From: Methanobacteriota archaeon
Lineage (GTDB): Archaea; Thermoplasmatota; E2; DHVEG-1
Direction of reading: 5' to 3'
NCBI GenBank assembly: GCA_963769885.1
Contig: CAVYNH010000004.1
Span: 256,001 to 320,000, forward strand
Length of the DNA: 64,000 nucleotides
Shown: positions 57,306-64,000 of the stretch, one piece after another
Numbering within the stretch: the first letter of the stretch is position 1
Layout of the letters: each line of letters starts with the position of its first letter
Program-made: the position numbers and the translations under genes
Notes under the pieces: model-generated
What the model saw: the letters and a program-made list of their open reading frames with translations, nothing else
What the model was told of the DNA's origin: nothing
Database searches by the model: none

Positions 57306-58971
57306 ATGAAGCATTCACTCGTTGCACTCGTCCTCGTCACGCTGATGCTGTGCAGTGCTGTCACAGGTACTGGGAAACCGAATCGCGCCTGAGGCCCGCG
57401 CCGTCACGGCTGACGATTGGTGGGCGCAGATGCACCACGACGCGGGGAACACCGGCAGCACGACCGCCGCAGGACCCACCACCTACCAACCGTACTGGCA
57501 GACCACGCTGATGGAAAGCATCACCGACGCGGTCCCACTCGTCGTCAACAACCGCGTCTACATCAACACCAACTCTTACTACAAAGATACGACGACGCAC
57601 CCGCTGACCCTGTTCGGTTCCACGCCGATGACCCCACAGCGGGTCCTCCAAAACCTTGAAGGCGGACCCGGCGCCGCCTACTGCCTCAACGCCACGACCG
57701 GCGTGCAAATCTGGCGCCACGCCGTCTACGCCCCCAACCACCCCGTCTACCTTAACGGCAAACTCTACTTCACGGACATGAACACGGGATCCTACACCGG
57801 CTACCTCTACTGCCTCAACGCCACGACTGGCACCCAGGTCAGCGCCACCCCCTTCGCCGGCGTCGGCACCAGCCCGACTATCACGGCTAACAGCAAGCTC
57901 TACTACGGTACCCTGGACCTCTACTCTATTACCAGCACCATCATCTGCGCTTCATCCTCCGGCACTACCCTCTGGACCTATTCTATCCCCGGCTACCAAG
58001 TGGTCTTCTCTGCCCCCGCCGTCGACAGCGGGAACCTCTACGTCATCTCCTGCGACCTCTACGGCTACTACTCTTATACCGGCACCCTGATCTGCCTGAA
58101 CGCAGACACGGGCGCCTACAAATGGTCCCACACCATCGGCACCTTGTTCTCCTATTACTACGTGGCCCCCACCCCCATCGCCTCCGCCGGCAAGGTCTAC
58201 GTCACCGACATCAACCTCTACGGCTACTACTCCTACATCCGCTGCTACGTCGGAAGCACCGGCGCGACCGCCTGGTCCTACCCCATCTACATGGGTGTCC
58301 CGATCGGCAACCTCGCCCTCTCCGACGGCGCTGTGTACGGTACCTATGCGGACTTAAACGCCTACGGCACAGACCTCATCAAACTCTACGCCACCAACGG
58401 CACTCGACAATGGACCACCCTGGTCACTGCCAACTCATACAGTCTTTTCGGTGGAACCATCTGCGGTGCAGACAACGTTCTCGTCACCTCCTCCGACGGT
58501 ACAACCGAGTACCCCAACATCATCATCACCCTCAACAAGACAAACGCCGACTATGTCTGGTCCTACACCCTCCCCTTCCAAATTCCAGGCGGCCTGTCGC
58601 TCTGCGGCGACACCCTCTATTTCGCGGGTATCGACGGCAGCGTCTATGCGGTCAAAGACCAGCTTAAAATCACCCGCTTCGCTGGAGGATTCCTCCGCGC
58701 CAAAGCCGTCCTCACCAACAACGGCCCTCACCCATTCACCACCATCACCTGGCTCTTCAACGTGAACGGCGGCTACTACGGAAAAATCAGCCTTTCGACC
58801 AACAGCACAATCTCCCTTATCAACGGCAGCCAAACCATAGTAGTCTCCATCGGACCAATCTTCGGCATCGGCAAGATCCACCTCGACTTCTTCGCCACCC
58901 CCCAAGGATGCTCACCTATGCGCCGTAGCGGTGAAGGGATCGTCTTCGGCCCCTTCATCCTCGCCCACTGA
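57306..58971 (+). CDS. Secreted PQQ-like beta-propeller protein; +1 frameshift just after the signal peptide
   Basis: WAQMHHDAGNTG; repeated YCLNATTG...W. Signal peptide MKHSLVALVLVTLMLCSAV from ATG 57306 is one base out of frame. Confidence 0.8.
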
Positions 58972-59172
58972 ACACGCGCACCTAAACTCTTTGAAGAGTC
59001 ACCGTGATGCCCCGCGGTGAGGAGCCATTGAGCCTAGGCTGCTCTCATTGCACCTCAACCCCTCCTTCTTCGAGGAAAAGCAATACGTTTAATACAGGGT
59101 GACTTGATAACCCCCCTCAAGCCAACAGCGCCACGTCGGGGGTGAATATTTATCGCACTAGATCTAGCCTAT

Positions 59173-59433
59173 GTGGTTGAACTCGGGCCTCTGTTAGCAA
59201 CGCTTGTCTTCATCATCATCGCCATCGAACTCGACGACCTCATCAAAGCCACCATCTCCCTCGGCATCAGCAGCGCGATCCTCGCCGCCGTCTTCTTCAC
59301 CCTCAACGCTCCCTACGCCGCCGTCTTCGAACTCAGCGTCGCCGCCGGCCTCATCACCGTCCTGCTCCTCGCCGCCATCGGCCTCATCGAACGCACCCAA
59401 GAACCCACCCCACCCCGGGAGGAGAACCCATGA
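59173..59433 (+). CDS. Membrane hydrogenase/Mrp subunit (DUF4040, NuoJ N-terminal-like)
   Basis: LNAPYAAVFELSVAAGL. Confidence 0.8.
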   Translation: MVELGPLLATLVFIIIAIELDDLIKATISLGISSAILAAVFFTLNAPYAAVFELSVAAGLITVLLLAAIGLIERTQEPTPPREENP

Positions 59434-59669
59434 CGGCCATCAAACCCTACATCACCTACGGCTTCGCCATCGTCCTCTTCCTCTTCATCATCATCACCTT
59501 CAACCGCCTCATCAGCGAAGGCATCCCCACCCCCACCGTCACCACCGGCCCCTTCTCCCAAGCGCTCTGGACCCAATGGGGCCTCGCCGTCCTCATCCTC
59601 GCCTTCATCGCACTAGCGGGCGCCGCAAGCGTCCTCGTCCTCCTCGGAGGTGGCTGGCGATGGGACTAG
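59430..59669 (+). CDS. Small membrane subunit (NuoJ C-terminal-like)
   Basis: Two TMs, ALWTQWGL; overlapping start and stop codons. Confidence 0.7.
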   Translation: MTAIKPYITYGFAIVLFLFIIITFNRLISEGIPTPTVTTGPFSQALWTQWGLAVLILAFIALAGAASVLVLLGGGWRWD

Positions 59670-59953
59670 TCCTCGCAAACTACCTCATGTTCGCAGTCAT
59701 GATCCTGTTCCTAGGGCTCTACTGCCTCCTCACCAAAAAAAGCCTCATTAAAAGCGCCATCGGCATCAGCATCATGGTCAAAGGCGCCTCGCTAAGCTTC
59801 CTCGCCGCCGGCGGCGCCACCGCTCAGGCCATCGTCGTCCTCATCATCGTCATCGACGCCATCGTCGCCGCCATCCTGCTCAGCCTCGCCGTCAACGTCT
59901 ACCGCCGCACCGGCAGCCTCAGCATCGAAGAACTCCGGAAGCTCTGGGGGTGA
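59660..59953 (+). CDS. NuoK/MnhC-like subunit
   Basis: GLYCLL..KSLIK...AQAIV...RRTGS...LWG from ATG 59660. Confidence 0.85.
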   Translation: MGLVLANYLMFAVMILFLGLYCLLTKKSLIKSAIGISIMVKGASLSFLAAGGATAQAIVVLIIVIDAIVAAILLSLAVNVYRRTGSLSIEELRKLWG

Positions 59954-59959
59954 ACCACG

Positions 59960-61777
59960 ATGACCACGAACGAACTCCTCGTCTGGCTCGCCCTCTTCCT
60001 CCCCTTCGCCGGCACCGCCCTCGTCCCCCTCATCGCCAGGGCCGGCGCCAAACCCAAGGTCTACCTCGCCGTCCTCCTAGGATTCCTCACCGCCGCCGCC
60101 ACCCTCATCATCCTTGACCTCGTCTGGCTCGGCGGCACCGGCCTTTCCTACAGCTTCGCCTGGGCACCCTCACTTGGCAGCACCACCTCCACCGGACTGA
60201 GCTTCACCGTCTACATCGACCCGCTCGCCGCCATGATGGCCGCCATCGCCGGCGGCATCGGCGCCCTCGTCCTCCTCTACTCCGTCAAATACATGGAGGG
60301 CAACGCCGGCCTCACCCGCTACTACGCCTTGGTCCTGCTCTTCATCGGCTCCATGATCGGCCTCGTCTTCGTCGACAACCTCCTCATCCTCTATTTCTTC
60401 TGGGAGGCCGTCGGCCTCTGCTCCTACGCCCTCATCGGCTTCTACACCACGGACCCCAAGGCGGCCCGCGCCGGCATCAAGGCCCTTGTCACCACCCGCG
60501 TCGGTGACATCGCCTTGCTCATTGGTATCTTCATCCTCGCCGCCGGCGCCACCAGCCTGGGCGCCGACTTCTTCAGCCAAGCCCTCAGCATCCGCTACCT
60601 CATCGCCCACGTCGCGAGCATCGCCCCGACCACCCTTGCGATTGCTGGTTTCTGTTTCATCGTCGGCGCCATGGGGAAGTCCGCGCAAGTCCCCTTGCAC
60701 GTCTGGTTGCCGGATGCGATGGAGGCGCCCACCACCATCAGCGCCTTGATCCACGCTGCGACCATGGTCAACGCTGGCGTCTACGTCATGGCCCGGTCCC
60801 TGCCTCTGTTCGCTTCGGTGCCGTATTGGACGGAGACGCTGATGTGGATCGGCATCATCACGGCGTTCCTGGCCGCGACCATGGCCCTCGTTGAGCCTGA
60901 CCTGAAGCGGGTCTTGGCGTACTCGACGGTCAGCCAGCTGGGCTTCATGATGTTCGGCATCGGGCTCGGCTTCCCTGGGTTTATCGCCGCGACTTTCTTC
61001 CTCCTCAGCCACGCCGTCTTCAAGGCGCTCCTGTTCCTCGGCGCCGGCTCCGTCATCCATAATCTCGGCACCCGGAACATGTACGAGATGGGCGGTCTGA
61101 AATCCTCGATGAAGCTTACCTATTACACCATGCTGATTGGTGGCCTCTCGCTTGCCGGACTGATCCCGTTGGCAGGGTTCTGGAGCAAGGATTACGTGCT
61201 CCTCGCCGCCTGGGAGACCGGCCAGTACATCCCCATGATTATCATGGTAATCACTGCGGTCTTGACTGCGGCGTACACGTTCCGGATGCTGAACCTCGTG
61301 TTCTGGGCGCAGCCGAGCCGCGAGCACCATGTGCATCCGACCCCATGGCAGATGAGCCTGCCGCTATTGGTTCTCGCGATTGGGACGACCATCGCGTGGC
61401 TCGCGATCGGGTTTCTCTCACGGTCGTATGTGGTGTTCGGGTTCGCAGAGGCCCATGGGTTCACGGTGCTGAGTTTCATTGTTGATACGGTCACGAAGCC
61501 AGCGATTATCTTCTCCCTGACTGCGTTGGTTGTCGGTCTTGGGCTCTTCTATGCCCGAAAGAGGTATGCGGCGAATTCGGTTGGCGCTGCGACCGTCACC
61601 GTGGCGCGGAAAGGCTATGGGTTTGATGCGTTCTACAGCGCGCTCGTCGCCGGGTTGGTACGGTTCGGCAACGTGTTCCGCCGCACCCAAACAGGTGACT
61701 TGAACTATAACCTCACCGGGTTTGTCATCGGGCTCGTAATTCTCATGGTCGTATTGTTCTTCTACGGAGGGGTCTAA
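59960..61777 (+). CDS. NuoL/MnhA-like antiporter subunit
   Basis: WEAVG, KSAQVPLHVWLPDAMEAPTTISALIHAATMV, LAYSTVSQLG. Confidence 0.92.
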   Translation: MTTNELLVWLALFLPFAGTALVPLIARAGAKPKVYLAVLLGFLTAAATLIILDLVWLGGTGLSYSFAWAPSLGSTTSTGLSFTVYIDPLAAMMAAIAGGIGALVLLYSVKYMEGNAGLTRYYALVLLFIGSMIGLVFVDNLLILYFFWEAVGLCSYALIGFYTTDPKAARAGIKALVTTRVGDIALLIGIFILAAGATSLGADFFSQALSIRYLIAHVASIAPTTLAIAGFCFIVGAMGKSAQVPLHVWLPDAMEAPTTISALIHAATMVNAGVYVMARSLPLFASVPYWTETLMWIGIITAFLAATMALVEPDLKRVLAYSTVSQLGFMMFGIGLGFPGFIAATFFLLSHAVFKALLFLGAGSVIHNLGTRNMYEMGGLKSSMKLTYYTMLIGGLSLAGLIPLAGFWSKDYVLLAAWETGQYIPMIIMVITAVLTAAYTFRMLNLVFWAQPSREHHVHPTPWQMSLPLLVLAIGTTIAWLAIGFLSRSYVVFGFAEAHGFTVLSFIVDTVTKPAIIFSLTALVVGLGLFYARKRYAANSVGAATVTVARKGYGFDAFYSALVAGLVRFGNVFRRTQTGDLNYNLTGFVIGLVILMVVLFFYGGV

Positions 61778-61779
61778 CC

Positions 61780-63285
61780 ATGGACCTGCTGTTGCTGCCG
61801 TTGGCCTTCCTTCTTTCCGGAGGTATCTTGTCGTATGCGGTGGGTCGGCTGGAGCGGCTGTATAAGAAACGGTTCCTCGCGGGAACCGTCGCATTCCTGT
61901 TCTTTTTGGTTGCCTTGGTCGTGCAGATCTTCGTGAGCCTGCAGGTCTGGCAGGGGACTGCCGTGGCGGGAACGATTGGGGGCACGCAGCTGCGGATGGA
62001 TGCGTTGTCGGTGTACCTCTCGCTCGTCGCGTTGGTCTTGGGGACCGCGGTCTGCCTGTATTCGATCGCGTACATGAAGGATGACGTGGGCCAGGAGTAC
62101 TACTACCTGCTGCTAATGCTGATGGTCGCGGGGATCCTGGGGTTGAGTCTGGCGACGGATTTCTTCGTGTTGTATCTGTTCTTTGAGTTGATGTCGATTC
62201 CGTCGTATGCGTTGGTCGCGTTCCGCCGTAATGATGGGATGGCGGTGGAGGCGGGCGTCAAGTACCTCGTGATGAGCGCGGCCGGCTCGGTGATCGCGGT
62301 CTTTGGGATTTCGCTGATCTATCTCCAGACGGGGACCGTGGTCTTCTTAAGCCTCCTGGGCAGTCTGCAGGATGCGCTGATGCTACAGGTCGCGGTGATC
62401 TTCTTGATCGTGGGGTTTGGGGTGAAGGCCGCGATTGTGCCGCTGCATACCTGGCTGCCGGATGCGCATTCGGTGGCTCCCTCCGGGATTAGTGCGATGC
62501 TGTCCGGGATTGTGATTGGCGCTGGGTTCTTCACGTTGATGAGGAGCCTGCTGGTGTTCTCCGGGTCGGGGATCCCGACGGGGCAGATTCTGATTATTTT
62601 TTCATTGCTATCGATGACGGTCGGCAACATCATGGCGTTCTCGCAGCTGTACCGCGAGCGGGTCGATCTGAAGCGGATCCTGGCGTACTCGAGCGTGGCG
62701 CAGATGGGGTACATCATCCTGGGCATTGGGGTGGGGATGGCGTACGGCATCCGGACGGGGTATGAGGGTGGGCTGTTCCATCTTATGACGCATGCGTTCA
62801 TGAAAGGGTTGGCCTTTTTGTGTGCGGGGGTGATGATCCATCATCTGGGGACCCGGTACCTCAATGAGATGCAGGGCATCGGGTTGTCCATGAAGGTGAC
62901 GGGGTTCACCTTGTCGCTGGCGTTGCTGTCGCTGGCTGGTGTCCCGCCGCTGAGTGGGTTCATGAGCGAGTGGCTCGTCTTCAGCAGTGCGATCATGACG
63001 TATAGTGTCATTGGCTGGGTCGGGATCCTGGTTGCGGTGATTGCGTTGGCGAACGGGCTGGTGAGCCTTGGGTATTACCTGCCGATCATCCGGAAGCTCT
63101 ACCTGAGTCCGAAGGAGGAGGAGAAGGCGAAGATCATGGGCCTGCGTGACCCGTCGATGGCGATGCTGGCGGCGATCCTCGTCTTGGCCGCGGTCACCCT
63201 CGTTCTGGGCGTCTGGCCGGAGCTGGGCCTACGGACCATCAAACCCGCGGTGGACGCGATCCTCAGCATCGGAGGTGGCCTATGA
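61780..63285 (+). CDS. MnhD/NuoM/NuoN-like antiporter subunit
   Basis: FELMS, KAAIVPLHTWLPDAH, LAYSSVAQMG, GVPPLSGF. Confidence 0.9.
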   Translation: MDLLLLPLAFLLSGGILSYAVGRLERLYKKRFLAGTVAFLFFLVALVVQIFVSLQVWQGTAVAGTIGGTQLRMDALSVYLSLVALVLGTAVCLYSIAYMKDDVGQEYYYLLLMLMVAGILGLSLATDFFVLYLFFELMSIPSYALVAFRRNDGMAVEAGVKYLVMSAAGSVIAVFGISLIYLQTGTVVFLSLLGSLQDALMLQVAVIFLIVGFGVKAAIVPLHTWLPDAHSVAPSGISAMLSGIVIGAGFFTLMRSLLVFSGSGIPTGQILIIFSLLSMTVGNIMAFSQLYRERVDLKRILAYSSVAQMGYIILGIGVGMAYGIRTGYEGGLFHLMTHAFMKGLAFLCAGVMIHHLGTRYLNEMQGIGLSMKVTGFTLSLALLSLAGVPPLSGFMSEWLVFSSAIMTYSVIGWVGILVAVIALANGLVSLGYYLPIIRKLYLSPKEEEKAKIMGLRDPSMAMLAAILVLAAVTLVLGVWPELGLRTIKPAVDAILSIGGGL

Positions 63286-63617
63286 TTGACCTGATTACGC
63301 CGATCGTGTCGTTCCTGGTCTTGCTGGTGATCGTGGTCCTGCTGTATCTGTTCGCGGGGCGGCTGGAGCCGCCGTTCCATGCGACCAAGTACAAGACCAA
63401 GAGTTATTTCTGCGGCGAGGAGGCCCCGCCGGTGGAGGAGGCGCACCAGTCGTACGATTTCTTCCATGTCGCGTTCTACTTCACGATCCTGCATGTGGGC
63501 GTGCTCGTGGCCGCGACCGCGCCGGTCGGCGCGAGCGCGCTCATCGCGGCGGTACTCATCGGGGTGCTGGGGCTGTCGGCGTTCGCGCTGTTCGTGGGAG
63601 GCAAGGATCATGCTTAA
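63282..63617 (+). CDS. NuoA-like subunit
   Basis: TM-YFCGE-two TM architecture. Confidence 0.75.
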   Translation: MIDLITPIVSFLVLLVIVVLLYLFAGRLEPPFHATKYKTKSYFCGEEAPPVEEAHQSYDFFHVAFYFTILHVGVLVAATAPVGASALIAAVLIGVLGLSAFALFVGGKDHA

Positions 63618-64000
63618 GAAACTGGTGAAGTGGGCGCGGGTGAAGTCCCCGTGGATCCTGCATATGAACTGCGGGTCGTGCAACGGCTGCGACATCGAGA
63701 TCCTCGCTGCCCTGATCCCGCGCATGGATGTGGAGCGGTTCGGCGTCCTGCTGAAGGGGAGTCCGCGGCAGGCGGATGTGATGATCTGCACGGGGCCGGT
63801 GACGAAGCAGATGACGGAGCGGCTGCGGCGGGTTTATGACCAGATGCCGGAGCCGAAGTTCGTCGTCGTGGTCGGCCAGTGCGGCAGCAGCGGCGGTGTA
63901 TTCGCTGGGGCGTACGGCGTCGAGGGCGGGGTGGACAAAGTGATCCCGGTCGATGCCTATATCCCTGGGTGTCCACCGCGGCCGGAGGCGATCGCGGACG
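63610..64000 (+). CDS. Group 4 [NiFe]-hydrogenase small subunit (NuoB-like), truncated by the window end
   Basis: Manual translation: GSCNGCDIE, SPRQAD, GQC, IPGCPPRPE. CxxC is hydrogenase-type, not the adjacent CC of NuoB. Confidence 0.9.
   Translation, partial: MLKKLVKWARVKSPWILHMNCGSCNGCDIEILAALIPRMDVERFGVLLKGSPRQADVMICTGPVTKQMTERLRRVYDQMPEPKFVVVVGQCGSSGGVFAGAYGVEGGVDKVIPVDAYIPGCPPRPEAIAD

Noticed and set aside
58995-59075. Hairpins upstream of the hydrogenase operon as a riboswitch
   Set aside because: They lie upstream of the likely TATA box (about 59088) and match no aptamer I recognise; more likely terminator-region structure.
118-64000. Numerous long alternative-frame and antisense ORFs (for example 621-1577, 4221-5102, 15766-16812, 38573-39886, 44926-45954, 52082-53344)
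   Set aside because: Low-complexity shadows of real genes; strong third-position C/G bias removes stop codons in other frames.
1-64000. tRNA, rRNA or CRISPR loci
   Set aside because: No cloverleaf with T-loop consensus, rRNA-like tract or repeat-spacer array seen by eye; a tRNAscan-SE/Infernal run would be definitive.

Overview
Archaeal chromosomal segment, most likely Thermoplasmatota (inferred from the archaeal ribosomal operon, a DUF835-type regulator and many secreted PKD/CARDB proteins; possibly a Thermoprofundales/MBG-D-like lineage). Core genes: hisS (partial), bioY, pstSCAB, the rpl3-rpl30 ribosomal superoperon, rpoK-rps2-traB-M50 protease, purH, arcS, rnhA, an RPA/SSB protein, a HemK-type methylase and the start of a group 4 [NiFe]-hydrogenase/Mrp-type membrane complex. 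Main highlights: (1) a 7,215-bp AT-rich IS6-family cargo transposon (8436-15650) with 41-bp imperfect TIRs and an 8-bp TSD (CACCCCAA). It carries a SWIM-IS6 transposase, a Type IIG R-M enzyme, a PIN gene pair and a candidate small RNA. It sits immediately upstream of the rpl3 BRE/TATA and is flush against a relic end of a related element, suggesting repeated insertion at one site. (2) A translationally coupled operon of soluble mtrA, mtrH, core-MetE and DUF4346 that looks like a modular corrinoid-dependent methionine synthase. (3) Strong kb-scale C/A versus G/T strand-skew domains that ignore gene orientation. Also seen: probable CTG starts, an HhH-fused uS3 and a candidate C-terminal sorting signal. 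Four +1 frameshifts are most likely sequencing errors.
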